From contig DATGEP010000201.1 in assembly GCA_035310125.1 (NCBI GenBank), forward strand, positions 15,684 through 79,683: DNA of 64,000 nt, read 5' to 3'. Below are positions 1 through 12,771 of the stretch, in pieces. This DNA comes from Ktedonobacterales bacterium (GTDB taxonomy: Bacteria; Chloroflexota; Ktedonobacteria; Ktedonobacterales; JADMIN01). Below the pieces are notes generated by a model, which was not told the DNA's origin, did not search any database, and saw only the letters and a program-made list of their open reading frames with translations. Position 1 is the stretch's first letter. Each line of letters begins with the position of its first letter. Made by a program: the position numbers and the translations under genes.

Positions 1-667
1 TAGCATCCAAGTAAGGCCGCAGCGGCGCTGGGTCGAAGAACTGCGCGACTATCTCGCGCCACGGAGACTGGTATGACCAGCTCACGTCGCTGACGGCACA
101 GCGCGACTTCTTGCGACGCACGAGGTCGGCCAACGCCGTGAAGCTGCGGGGTACGTCGCTCATCTCGGACGTATCCACGATGAACCGGTCGCTTCCGTCT
201 ACCAGTGCTTCCAGCAGATCAGTACCCCACGGCGGCTCATCTGTCCAGCGGAGGAATGCGGGCAGGCCGGAGACAATCATCGGCAGCACGACCCCTGGGA
301 GGTGCCGGATAGCGTTGGTCTGCGCGACAACGAGGATATCTTCGCCGTAGCTCGCGGCATCCGCGCCGACGTATGTCCCGATAGACGAGGTAATGGAATC
401 GCCGCTGTCAGATGGATCAGCCGCTATGACTATCGCGCGCGAGGGATGGGTGGTCGTCATGGAATGCACAAGGTTTATCACCTGATGCGCCCGCTGAATG
501 GACGGTGTGAACGCCACGAGCGTCAACACGCTGTTGCGAGAGTAGGCCTGACCGCCAGCCATTGCGGTCCTGGCGTTCGCCTCGCGCCACATATTATCCA
601 ACTCGCTCTCGACAGATTCCAGGTTGACTGGTCTCAGTGAGGGGAAAGAGCTCTGCGTGTCACTCAT
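1..667 (-). CDS. opcA: OpcA-like glucose-6-phosphate dehydrogenase assembly protein (C-terminal part lies beyond the left edge)
   Basis: Absent from the ORF track because it runs off the window. My minus-strand translation from ATG 667..665 gives MSDTQSSFPSLRPVNLESVESELDNMWREANARTAMAGGQAYSRNSVLTLVAFTPS..., which is OpcA-like. The start overlaps the zwf stop in ATGA (664-667), and the position downstream of zwf is the classical one. Confidence 0.7.
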   Translation of the reverse strand, partial: MSDTQSSFPSLRPVNLESVESELDNMWREANARTAMAGGQAYSRNSVLTLVAFTPSIQRAHQVINLVHSMTTTHPSRAIVIAADPSDSGDSITSSIGTYVGADAASYGEDILVVAQTNAIRHLPGVVLPMIVSGLPAFLRWTDEPPWGTDLLEALVDGSDRFIVDTSEMSDVPRSFTALADLVRRKKSRCAVSDVSWSYQSPWREIVAQFFDPAPLRPYLDA

Positions 668-2220
668 AGCCGCCTCCACGTCCGGCCATCGCGCTCAATG
701 AGCGCGTCGGCTTCTTTCGGACCCCATGTGCCTGGCTCATACTGCGGGAGCTTGGCTAAACTTTGGCGCGCCCAGCCGCGCTCGACCGCATCCACAAATT
801 GCCAGGCAAGCTCGGTTTCATCAATACGGGTGAATAACGTGGAGTCGCCAAGCATAGAGTCAAGCAGTAGGCGCTCGTACGCTTCAGGCGGCTCGACGCC
901 AAAGGAGCTGCCATACAGGAAGTCCATATTGACGGTCCGGATCTGCATTTCCTGGCCCGGCACTTTCGCACTGAAAAGGAGCGAAATGCCCTCGTTCGGC
1001 TGAATGCGCAGCGAGAGCACATTGGGCTGCATTTGATCGGCCCCCGTTCCGCGAAAGAGCAGGTATGGCGGGCGTTTGAACTGAATGGCCACTTCGGTGA
1101 TGCGCTTGGAGAGACGCTTGCCCGTGCGCAGATAGAACGGCACACCAGCCCATCGCCAATTTTCGATGAGGAGCTTGAGCGCTACAAATGTCTCCGTCCT
1201 CGAAGTAGGACTGACGCGCATTTCCTGTTTGTAGCCTTGCACCAGCTCGCCGCCCAGCATGCCGGGACCATACTGCCCGCGCACGGTATCATACGCCAGC
1301 TCGATGTCGCTCAACGGCGGCACAGCGCGTAGCACCTTCACTTTCTCGTCGCGCACGGAGTCCGCGCCGAAGGTGACAGGCGGCTCCATGGCGACGAGCG
1401 TGAGGAGCTGCATCATATGGTTTTGCATCATATCCCGCAGCGCACCAGCTTCCTCGTAATAGTCGCCACGGTTCTCCACGCCGATATTTTCCGCGACGGT
1501 GATCTGGACGTTGTCCACATACCGGCGATTCCAAATGGGCTCAAAGATACCGTTCCCGAAGCGCAGGACCATGATGTTCTGGACAGTCTCCTTGCCCAGA
1601 TAGTGATCAATGCGATAAATCTGACTCTCGGTAAACGCTTTGTTCAGCTCGTGATTCAACACCAGGGCGGACTGGATATCATGGCCGAAAGGTTTTTCGA
1701 CGATGATACGCGACCATCCCTCTTTCGCTTCCTCTCCGTTGCGCTGTGCCAGGCCAGCGGCGCTCAGGTTGTCCGCGATGGTGGAATAGTAGCTGGGCGG
1801 GGTGGCGAGATAGAAGATATGGTTGCCACAGGTGCCACGCTCGCGATCAAGCTGTTCGAGCAATTGCGCGAGGCGCTGATATCCCTGTGGGTCATCGAAC
1901 TGTGACTGATGATAGAACAGCCCTTTCGCGAAGGGATCCCACACGGATGGATTGACCGGCCTCCGTCGCGAGAACGTGTTAATGGACTCTAACGCTTGCT
2001 GGCGGAACTGCTCGTTGGTAATAGGGCGGCGCGCTACCCCGACCACCGTAAATTGTGGCGGCAGCGGGTGCTCCATCTTCAGGTTGTAGAGAGCGGGCAA
2101 TAACTTGCGATGGGTGAGGTCACCGGTGGCGCCAAAGATGACGACGATGCAAGGCTCAACACTGCGCGATTGACGCATGCCCGCACGCAGTGGATTAGCG
2201 GGAATGGAAGGAAAGTCCAT
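664..2220 (-). CDS. zwf: glucose-6-phosphate 1-dehydrogenase
   Basis: 518-aa ORF with the NADP-binding motif IFGATGDLTHRKL and the active-site region RIDHYLGKE, both typical of G6PD. Confidence 0.95.
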   Translation of the reverse strand: MDFPSIPANPLRAGMRQSRSVEPCIVVIFGATGDLTHRKLLPALYNLKMEHPLPPQFTVVGVARRPITNEQFRQQALESINTFSRRRPVNPSVWDPFAKGLFYHQSQFDDPQGYQRLAQLLEQLDRERGTCGNHIFYLATPPSYYSTIADNLSAAGLAQRNGEEAKEGWSRIIVEKPFGHDIQSALVLNHELNKAFTESQIYRIDHYLGKETVQNIMVLRFGNGIFEPIWNRRYVDNVQITVAENIGVENRGDYYEEAGALRDMMQNHMMQLLTLVAMEPPVTFGADSVRDEKVKVLRAVPPLSDIELAYDTVRGQYGPGMLGGELVQGYKQEMRVSPTSRTETFVALKLLIENWRWAGVPFYLRTGKRLSKRITEVAIQFKRPPYLLFRGTGADQMQPNVLSLRIQPNEGISLLFSAKVPGQEMQIRTVNMDFLYGSSFGVEPPEAYERLLLDSMLGDSTLFTRIDETELAWQFVDAVERGWARQSLAKLPQYEPGTWGPKEADALIERDGRTWRRL

Positions 2221-2332
2221 AAGAAGGGTCCCTTCGTCTCACTATGGGACGCGGAAGTGAACCGGGAGCTTCGCCACCGATGTGCATCCCTCCCCATGTC
2301 GCGGGGAGGGATGGATACGCGGGCGACGCGTA

Positions 2333-3265
2333 TTATGCCTGGTGTCGCTCGCCGCCGCGCTCACCGGATTCGAATGTCACCGCATGGCCGCCAAATTCGT
2401 TGCGCAACGCGGCTATCACCTTCGCGGAGAACGATTCTTGCTGGCGCGACGCGAAACGCGCGAGCAGTGACAGCGTGATGACCGGCGCTGGCACATCCTC
2501 GTCTATCGCGGCTTGCACCGTCCACCGACCTTCACCAGAGTCCTCGACAAAGCCGCGAATGCTCGCCAGGTCGCCCTCTTTCTGGAACGCAAGCTCCGCG
2601 AGATCGAGCAGCCACGAGCGGACCACGCTGCCGTGCTGCCAGACCTGCGTTACTTTGAGTAGATCCAGCTTGAACTGCGACTTCTCCAGTATCTCATAGC
2701 CTTCACCGTACGCCTGCAGCATGCCGTACTCGATGCCGTTGTGGACCATCTTCACGAAGTGACCAGCTCCATTTGTGCCCATGTAGCCGTAACCATCTAC
2801 AGGGGCCAGCGTCTTGAAGATCGGCTCGCAGTGATCGAAGATATCTTTCTCGCCGCCGACCATCAGGCTGTAGCCAACCTTGAGACCCCATATGCCGCCA
2901 CTGGTGCCGCAGTCCATAAAATGCATGCCCGCGGCTGAGACCTCGCCCGCACGGCGGATGGTGTCGTGGAAGTTCGAGTTGCCGCCGTCAATGATGATAT
3001 CACCGGGTTTGAGCAACGACATGGCGTGGTGCAGAGTGTCGTCCGTCACCTGGCCGGACGGCACCATCAGCCAGACGATCTTTGGGCTGGCATCGAGCTT
3101 CTGTACCATCTCCTCAAGCGTGTAGGCTGGAATGGCCCCGGCGCTGGCCGCCTGATCCACCGGACCCGAGCTGCGATTCGACGCCACGACGCGGTGGCCG
3201 CCCTGCACAAGCCGGACAGCCATATTGCCGCCCATGCGGCCAAGGCCGAAGATTCCAAGTTCCAT
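2333..3265 (-). CDS. gnd: 6-phosphogluconate dehydrogenase, short (about 300 aa) decarboxylating type
   Basis: 310-aa ORF. The N-terminal Rossmann motif is MELGIFGLGRMGGNMAVRL. The core matches the Gnd/YqeC-like family and the gene lies in the pentose-phosphate operon. Confidence 0.9.
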   Translation of the reverse strand: MELGIFGLGRMGGNMAVRLVQGGHRVVASNRSSGPVDQAASAGAIPAYTLEEMVQKLDASPKIVWLMVPSGQVTDDTLHHAMSLLKPGDIIIDGGNSNFHDTIRRAGEVSAAGMHFMDCGTSGGIWGLKVGYSLMVGGEKDIFDHCEPIFKTLAPVDGYGYMGTNGAGHFVKMVHNGIEYGMLQAYGEGYEILEKSQFKLDLLKVTQVWQHGSVVRSWLLDLAELAFQKEGDLASIRGFVEDSGEGRWTVQAAIDEDVPAPVITLSLLARFASRQQESFSAKVIAALRNEFGGHAVTFESGERGGERHQA

Positions 3266-3393
3266 TGCTGTTCTCCATGTACTGTTGCGGTGAGTACCGC
3301 GCCTGACCTGTCACCTGCCCCTCTCGCCGTGAGAGAATGGGAACGAAAGCCACCTGACCCGTCGGTGCGGGGAGGATACCCCACAGGCGGGAG

Positions 3394-6303
3394 CTACGCG
3401 AGTGTGGCGGCGTCTATCGCTCGGCTCACCTCCTCAAGTCCCGCGCTGACATCTGATCCCAGATCAATGCGTAATACCCGGCGGTTGTGCGCCTGAAGCG
3501 ATTGGAAGTCGCCGAGCGCCTGTGCTGCTTTCAGGACACCAAAGGTGTACGGCTCGCCAGGAATCGGCACGTCTCGCGCGTCGTGCGCGACGAGCTGCAG
3601 GAAGATGCCGCGATTTGCGCCGCCCTTGTGAAGCTGTCCAGTTGAATGCTGGAAGCGCGGCCCGTAGCCGAGCGTCGTTGCCACTCGCAGGAGATCGCGC
3701 AAGCGCAGCCGGATATGCTGGAGTATCTTCTGAGTCTCGTTCGTGCGCTCGATGTACGCCATCAGCGCGATATAATCGCCCTGGCCGGCTTCACGGATAT
3801 ATGTCTCGAATGCCGCCTGAAGCGAGATAGCATCTACCAAATGCGCCGCTATGTCGTCGTCCGCGACGAGCGCGAGATGCGCGGTGCGCAGGGACGCCTG
3901 CTGCTGAGGCAGCTCGTGCGCCACACGGTAGTGCTCCAGCAGCGCGCTGGTCCGTTCTTTCGCCTCCCGCACGTTTGGCTGATCGAAGGCGTTGATACCG
4001 AGATACGCGCCCGCGATAGCCGTCGCGAACTCCCACCGGAAGAACTCCTGGCCGAGGTCATACGCATCGGTCAACGAAAGCGTCACGACGGGCTGCCCGG
4101 CGGTCTGAAGCGCGACGACGCGCCGGTCCTGATCTGGATCGAAGCCCTCATCGGTGCGCAGGTAGACAAATAGGCGGTCATCGCCGTAGCTCTGAGGATC
4201 GCCCAAAGCTTCGTCTTCCACAGGGACAATGCTCTTGCCCTCTTTGCCAGTGCTTTCGGCAAGAAGCTGCTCGATCCAGTCGCCGAACGTACTGATAGGC
4301 GGTGACATCACCAATGTCACTTTGTCGCGACCGCTGAGCGCACTCGCGCTGAGAATTGCGCCCAGCCAGAGGCCGGGATTCTCGCGGGCTGGGACGTTGC
4401 CGTGGCACGCATGGCGCATCGTCTCGGCACGGCCTAGTAACTGCTCGATGTCTACCCCAAGAATTGCCGCGGGAACCAAACCAAAGAATGAGAGCGCCGA
4501 GTAGCGCCCACCGATGTCGGCGGGATTGCGAAAGATCGCACGGAACTTGCGCTCGCGTGCGATCTGGTCTAGCGGTGTGCCGGTATCGGTGATAGCGAGA
4601 AACTGCGCGCCCGCACCGTCACCCTCGACGGCGCGCACCTGTTCCCAGAAGTACGCAAGCTGGGAAAGCGTCTCGATGGTACCGCCGGACTTGGAAGCTA
4701 CGATGAAGAGCGTCGAATGGAGGTTTATCCGCCGCTCCACGTCGAGAATGGTAGCGGGATCGGTCGAGTCGAGCACCAGTAATTCGGGCTGGCCACTCGC
4801 GGCACCCAGCGTGCGCATGAGCACTTCTGGCGCGAGGCTGCTACCGCCCATGCCCAGCAGCACCGCATGGGTAAAGCCCGCTTTGCGCACGCCGTCACGC
4901 AGCTCGGTTAGTCGTGGCACCGCATCGGTCATCATTTCGGGAACGGTCAGCCAGCCCAATCGGTCGGTGATTTCGGCCTGGTCGGCGGGGTCCGGTTTCC
5001 ACAGCGTCGGGTCCTTTTCCCACAGGCGTTGCGCGAAATGCTCGTGGACGGCGCGCTCGAGCGCGCCGTCCACCGCGTTCTGGAGCGCGCCCAGCTGCGC
5101 CTGTTGGCGCGCGGCGAGGTTGGGCGCGGCGACGTCGTGGTCATCTACCGGAATAGCGCCTTCAGCCTGCTGGCGCAGTTTTTCAGCCTTGGCTGCCGTG
5201 CTTTCCAGCAATTTGTTGTACGAATCGGCGAAGGACTTGACGCCCTCCAGCTCGAGTTGGTGCGTCACGGCATCCATGTCAACACCAGCATCGGCGAGCC
5301 GCGACATCGTAACATGCATTTCCGCCAGATCATCGCTGAGCGTATCCCTGGCGCTGCCGTGCTCCTGAAACGCCACGATGGTCTGGGGCGGCATCGTATC
5401 TACAGTTTCGGGGCCGATCAGCTCCTCGACGTACACGACATCGCGGTAAGCGGGATTCTTGGCGCTCGTGCTGGCCCACAGGCAACGCTGCGGGCGGGCA
5501 CCCGCGTCGCGTAGCTTCGCAAAGCGCGAGCCGTGGAAGATGTCGCGATACTTCTCGTAGGCAAGGCGGGCGTTGGCGATTGCGGCCTTGCCTTGCAGCG
5601 CTCGCAGCGCTTCCTTCTCAGAGTCATCGTGAGTCGCGGCGATTTTCTCGTCGAGCAGCTTGTCCACAAGCGTATCCACGCGACTGACGAAGAAACTGGC
5701 GACGGAGGCGATACCTGTGACGCGCTGACCGTCGCGGCGCCGGTGGTCCAAACCGCGAATGTAGGCTTCGGCGACTCGCTCGTAGCGATCGAGCGAAAAA
5801 ATCAGCGTCACATTGATGTTGACGCCCTCGTAAATCATTTGCTCGATGGCTGGCAGCCCCTCTTCCGTCGCGGGAATCTTGATCATTACATTCGGACGGC
5901 TTACGCGGTGGAAAAGGTGACGCGCTTCCGCGATCGTCTTCTGCGTATCGTTGGCTGCGACTGGAGAGACTTCCAGACTGATATATCCGTCCAGCCCATC
6001 GGTGCGCTCGTAAATTGGGCGCAATACATCAGCCGCCATCTGGATATCTTCGACGGCGATCGCTTCAAATACCTGCTTCGGGTCGGTGATTCCCTGACTT
6101 ACGACGTGCTTAATCGCATCGTCATAGTCGGTGCTGCCGTCAATGGCTTTCTCGAAGATGGTGGGATTCGACGTGACGCCCACTACGGCATCGTCATCAA
6201 TCAGTTTTTGCAGATCGCCGGACGTGATGAGCCCACGTCGGATGTTGTCGTACCAGATGCTTTGGCCGAGCGCGTAGACGGCCGACAGGCGATTATCTGC
6301 CAT
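3394..6303 (-). CDS. bifunctional transaldolase / glucose-6-phosphate isomerase
   Basis: 969-aa ORF. The N-terminal third is transaldolase-like (SIWYDNIRRGLI, GVTSNPTIFEKAI). The C-terminal part is a PGI/SIS domain (LLGMGGSSLAPEV, FIVASKSGGTIET). Confidence 0.9.
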   Translation of the reverse strand: MADNRLSAVYALGQSIWYDNIRRGLITSGDLQKLIDDDAVVGVTSNPTIFEKAIDGSTDYDDAIKHVVSQGITDPKQVFEAIAVEDIQMAADVLRPIYERTDGLDGYISLEVSPVAANDTQKTIAEARHLFHRVSRPNVMIKIPATEEGLPAIEQMIYEGVNINVTLIFSLDRYERVAEAYIRGLDHRRRDGQRVTGIASVASFFVSRVDTLVDKLLDEKIAATHDDSEKEALRALQGKAAIANARLAYEKYRDIFHGSRFAKLRDAGARPQRCLWASTSAKNPAYRDVVYVEELIGPETVDTMPPQTIVAFQEHGSARDTLSDDLAEMHVTMSRLADAGVDMDAVTHQLELEGVKSFADSYNKLLESTAAKAEKLRQQAEGAIPVDDHDVAAPNLAARQQAQLGALQNAVDGALERAVHEHFAQRLWEKDPTLWKPDPADQAEITDRLGWLTVPEMMTDAVPRLTELRDGVRKAGFTHAVLLGMGGSSLAPEVLMRTLGAASGQPELLVLDSTDPATILDVERRINLHSTLFIVASKSGGTIETLSQLAYFWEQVRAVEGDGAGAQFLAITDTGTPLDQIARERKFRAIFRNPADIGGRYSALSFFGLVPAAILGVDIEQLLGRAETMRHACHGNVPARENPGLWLGAILSASALSGRDKVTLVMSPPISTFGDWIEQLLAESTGKEGKSIVPVEDEALGDPQSYGDDRLFVYLRTDEGFDPDQDRRVVALQTAGQPVVTLSLTDAYDLGQEFFRWEFATAIAGAYLGINAFDQPNVREAKERTSALLEHYRVAHELPQQQASLRTAHLALVADDDIAAHLVDAISLQAAFETYIREAGQGDYIALMAYIERTNETQKILQHIRLRLRDLLRVATTLGYGPRFQHSTGQLHKGGANRGIFLQLVAHDARDVPIPGEPYTFGVLKAAQALGDFQSLQAHNRRVLRIDLGSDVSAGLEEVSRAIDAATLA

Positions 6304-6745
6304 TGCGTTTGCCTCTTTATATCTGTATGTGGAGCAAATCGCCCGAGTGGCTCGCCATCATCGGCGGACACCCTTGCGCGCGCTCGCCCTCCATATAGTA
6401 GACCACATCTGCCGTGCGACCGCGCGCAAGGTGCATGCCGCGCTCCCCCGTGCGTGATCTCGCATAGGTCAGGCTACATGCCAGCAGCGCCGCTAGTGGG
6501 TATTGAGGCCACGTACAAGGCAGCGCGCCCACGGGTACTCTGCGCGAGGCGATACTGCTTACGGCTTCACGAGCTGTTCATAGTCCATGCCGCCTTTTGC
6601 AGGCCCGAATAGGGAATGTACCAGCGGGCGGCAGGCGGCGCAAGCTCAACAATGAGAGGGATACCTATGCAAGCTCGCGCAGACCTGGTACACTGGCGGC
6701 CAGTTAGACTGACAACGCAAACTCGTTCGGCGGAGCAGCTGATAT

Positions 6746-7417
6746 ATGTCGTTCTCGATTCTGCGCCTGCTGGCACAGCTACTGGTCGCGTCCCAGATGC
6801 GGGTGTCGGCGGAAGGTCGCGAGCGGGTTCCCGCGAATGGCCCGGTGTTACTTGTCTGCAATCATCTCGGTTACGTGGATCCTCTGGTGGTCGGCATAAA
6901 TCTCTGCCGCCAGGTGCGCATTCTGAGCAAGGTGGAAGTATTTCAGTGGCCGCTGGTCGGCTGGTTAGCGCGGCTAGCGGGCACGATACCTATCCATCGC
7001 GGCGAATCCGACCGGATGGCGCTACGCAAGCTGGCGGCGCTACTTAGCGCGGGCGAATGCGTGCTGGTCTTTCCTGAAGGCACATTCGTTGATCCGCCCG
7101 CGCCCGCCGTTATGCTCCCCGTGAAGACGGGCGCGGCCTGGCTGGCGCTGCGAACGGATGCGACCATTGTGCCGGTCGGTTTGTGGGGTACGCACCGCGT
7201 TTGGTCGGTTCAACGTGGATGGCGCCCCTGGCGCCATCCACATGTCCATGTCGTGTTCGGTGAGCCATACCGACCTACCTGTGGACTGAGCCGCCCCACC
7301 AAAGCGGCGGTGAGCGCCGTCGCGGATGAGATGGCGGGCCGCATTGCGACGCTGCTGCCCGAAGAGTATCGCGGTTATTACGCGACGCTGGATATTGAAG
7401 AAGTCACGGTGCTATAG
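6746..7417 (+). CDS. 1-acyl-sn-glycerol-3-phosphate acyltransferase family protein
   Basis: 223-aa ORF with the acyltransferase HX4D motif (NHLGYVDP) and the FPEGT block. Confidence 0.8.
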   Translation: MSFSILRLLAQLLVASQMRVSAEGRERVPANGPVLLVCNHLGYVDPLVVGINLCRQVRILSKVEVFQWPLVGWLARLAGTIPIHRGESDRMALRKLAALLSAGECVLVFPEGTFVDPPAPAVMLPVKTGAAWLALRTDATIVPVGLWGTHRVWSVQRGWRPWRHPHVHVVFGEPYRPTCGLSRPTKAAVSAVADEMAGRIATLLPEEYRGYYATLDIEEVTVL

Positions 7418-7471
7418 TGACTCGACGTGTCTACCCTTGCACATTGCCGCACGGGCCGCATTTCAGCGCTG

Positions 7472-8944
7472 CTATGAAGCGGGAGTTGCCGCGGCAGGTT
7501 GAGTCTGGGACGCCAGCGACTCAGTAATGGGATACGGGCCAGTCAGCACAGGCTGGAGCGAGGGGACCGGCTGATACGCCCACGGCGCCCGCGGACCCGG
7601 CGTACGCGTGAGCGCATCCAACTCCGCGAGACGTGGCGGCACACTACCGAGCGCGCGCCCGCCGAGCGCCGGAGTACCCTGGCATAGCGTATCCATCGTC
7701 GCCAGCATCGTCATGGCGGCCCAGGGATCGCCCGTCAACTCGACGGCACGGCGGTCACATTCGCTGAAAATTCGCCGCGCGCGCCGGTTAATGATCCGCG
7801 CCATGATCGAGAATAGGACAAGAATCCCGATCACGAGCAGAATGGACAGAAGAGTCTCGAGCGCGCTCTGCGAAACGTCAATGGTGCTGTTCGTGAACAG
7901 AAGTAAATTGGCCACCAATATCCCGCCCAACGCCAGCGGAACTCCTACACGTATCGTGATGATCCGCATTGTCTGACGCATGAGCGGCGCGCGGGCGACA
8001 ATGAGCCAGCAAAGCAGCGCGTCTTGCTGGCGCCACTCACTGTTTGCCAGAAATTCGTCGGAAAGGTACAGTGTGCCTGGGGAGCCGCCTAACGCCGCGC
8101 TGTTGCCAAATCCGTCCACAGGTCCAGAGCGCACGTAGACACGCGGAGCTGGCTGACCGGCAGCGCGCGCCCAGGCTTCCACTCGCGACGCCAGGGCGGA
8201 CCATTGGCTTTGTTCCAGCGGCAAACATGGGTAGTACCAACGTTGCAGACGTGATAGTGTCCAGATTGCCACTATTTGCGTCGCGGCATACCCGATACCC
8301 AAAAGCGCTACGCAAATTTCCCAGGACATGCCGAAACCGTAGAGCAGCGCGCAGAGACCCAAAACCAGTAAGAGCGGCAGTCTGGCTGGCACAAACATCT
8401 TCAACCGCCGCGTGATTAGCTCGCGAGCTTGCAGCGTGCCGCCGCGCAGAAGCCGGTAGGCGGGTGCGTCAGCCGTTATCGCGGTGATCCCTATTGACAT
8501 GATGAGCGCGATACTTGACCCCAAGACGTAGGAGAGCACCAGTACAACCAGATTTGGACGCACAAGCAGCGCCTCGAAGAACGCGTTGTTGTCTTGTGTG
8601 GACTGCGGCAGAAAGGAAAATACAACTATCGCCAACAGGAGCACTGCAAGAAACCGAGCGACGTACCCCTGGCGATTGACTGGATTACGATAGCGCATGT
8701 AGCCCTGCCACGCGGGATATTTCCCAGCCCGTACCGCCGCTAGCTCTCGCCGAAACGTGGCGCGGCGCCCCAACGAGACCAACATGTTCAGAACAATTAT
8801 CGCCGCCGCTAGACTCAGTCCTACCACCACTACAATCCCGTCTCCCACCGTACCTATCCCTTCTCCGCGTGTCTCGCTCCAGCTCGGAACATATCTATAC
8901 AACCATGCGTCGTCTATGATACATGAGCCGGTGTTTCGGCGCAA
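7472..8944 (-). CDS. polytopic membrane protein, degenerate M48 (HtpX/Ste24)-like, no HExxH
   Basis: 490-aa ORF with several hydrophobic helices. The block PRVYVRSGPVDGFGNSAALGG..TLYLSDEFL resembles the M48 segment that precedes the zinc site, and SECDRRAVELTGDP resembles the distal E/AD block. The protein contains no histidine at all. The start codon is uncertain. Confidence 0.6.
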   Translation of the reverse strand: MRRNTGSCIIDDAWLYRYVPSWSETRGEGIGTVGDGIVVVVGLSLAAAIIVLNMLVSLGRRATFRRELAAVRAGKYPAWQGYMRYRNPVNRQGYVARFLAVLLLAIVVFSFLPQSTQDNNAFFEALLVRPNLVVLVLSYVLGSSIALIMSIGITAITADAPAYRLLRGGTLQARELITRRLKMFVPARLPLLLVLGLCALLYGFGMSWEICVALLGIGYAATQIVAIWTLSRLQRWYYPCLPLEQSQWSALASRVEAWARAAGQPAPRVYVRSGPVDGFGNSAALGGSPGTLYLSDEFLANSEWRQQDALLCWLIVARAPLMRQTMRIITIRVGVPLALGGILVANLLLFTNSTIDVSQSALETLLSILLVIGILVLFSIMARIINRRARRIFSECDRRAVELTGDPWAAMTMLATMDTLCQGTPALGGRALGSVPPRLAELDALTRTPGPRAPWAYQPVPSLQPVLTGPYPITESLASQTQPAAATPAS

Positions 8945-9090
8945 CTGCCATCAGCAGTCATGTCCCACCATTGGCTATAATAAACAAGACCGCTATCAAC
9001 GACGATGAGGACCACACCATACCATTCAGCCGCACCGCGCCTATCCGCGCTTCACGATATGAAACGCTGCGGGATGCGGCCCCGGTTTAG

Positions 9091-11940
<2,850 letters not shown>

Positions 11941-11957
11941 CGGCTCATAGCTGTCTA

Positions 11958-11992
11958 GAGAAGCCCGGAGCCACCATGACTCCGGGCTTCTC
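11958..11992 (+). terminator. hairpin downstream of ppdK
   Basis: The arms are gagaagcccggag and tccgggcttctc around a 10-nt loop, starting 18 nt after the ppdK stop. The T-tract is weak. Confidence 0.5.
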
Positions 11993-12224
11993 TACTCGTA
12001 CAGCCCAAGCTCCCGGCTCATCTGAGCCAATTGCTGGCGCAGACCGCCGGTATTCCTCCGACCAGCATTCACCCATTGCCTACACCATAAGCGGGGTGCC
12101 CGCGACATAGAAGGCTGTGCGTTTTCCCGCGTGTAGTGTGGACGGCGATGCCGCAGTCACGAACAACGAACTATCAGTTGCGAGAAAATCTGCTGGAGCG
12201 GCAGCTATGGCGCAGGCTGGATAA

Positions 12225-12356
12225 ATCTATCCAGGGGTAGTGGTAGACCCCGCAATTGTCCACGGCAAGCCGGTTTTGGCTGGTACACGTATTCCGGCGG
12301 CATTGGTGCTGGTGCAACTCACGGGGGGAGTTAGCGGCGCCTGGATACATAGCTGA
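12225..12356 (+). pseudogene. DUF433-like (antitoxin-type) gene fragment
   Basis: My translation gives VVVDPAIVHGKPVLAGTRIPAALVLVQLTGGVS, which matches the DUF433 core (dP.i.gGkPvi.GTRipv..vl..l..G). There is no proper start and the C-terminal half is lost. Confidence 0.4.
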
Positions 12357-12374
12357 GCCTGTTTATGACCGTAG

Positions 12375-12650
12375 CATGGGCGGCGCGAAGGACCCGCAGT
12401 CGTTACGTATGCTCACGCTCAGAAGCCGACCATCTCCGGTGACAAGGACTTCAACAATGTTCGCGCATACGCACCACCTCATGCCGGCAGTATCGTCGTG
12501 GAAGTACCAGATACATCGCCACCGGATGCACGAAAACGCATTATCATTGAGCATTTAAAGACCCTTGCCAGCCAATCGCTCGCGAACACGCTCGTCATCA
12601 TCGAGCGACACGGGTTCGTGTTCGGCGTTGATAGCGTTCCCCGTCTCCAC
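12375..12650 (+). pseudogene. DUF5615-like (PIN-like toxin-type) gene fragment
   Basis: The frame opening after the TAG at 12372 reads ...PAVVTYAHAQKATISGDKDFNNVRAYAPPHAGSIVVEVP...ANTLVIIERHGFVF. This is the C-terminal two-thirds of a DUF5615-type protein. The N-terminus is missing and the expected stop is absent. Confidence 0.35.
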
Positions 12651-12771
12651 GAACGGGCAAGGCAGGCCACGATCGGTCTGCAGACGGATGCCGAATCGGC
12701 GTGCAGACCGATGACACTCGTCGCGGCGTTAGGCACACTAGCAGCGCCGCCAGATACGAGAGGCCGGCGAC

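Noticed and set aside
2355-2380. tRNA T-loop-like strings (ttcgaatcc at about 2365, gttcgattcc at about 51425)
   Set aside because: Both lie inside well-supported coding regions, and the flanks cannot form acceptor or T stems. I found no tRNA, rRNA or CRISPR repeat array anywhere by eye.
5533-6612. 359-aa plus-strand ORF overlapping the transaldolase/PGI gene
   Set aside because: Antisense to a gene with clear homology. It has no motif and no Shine-Dalgarno sequence.
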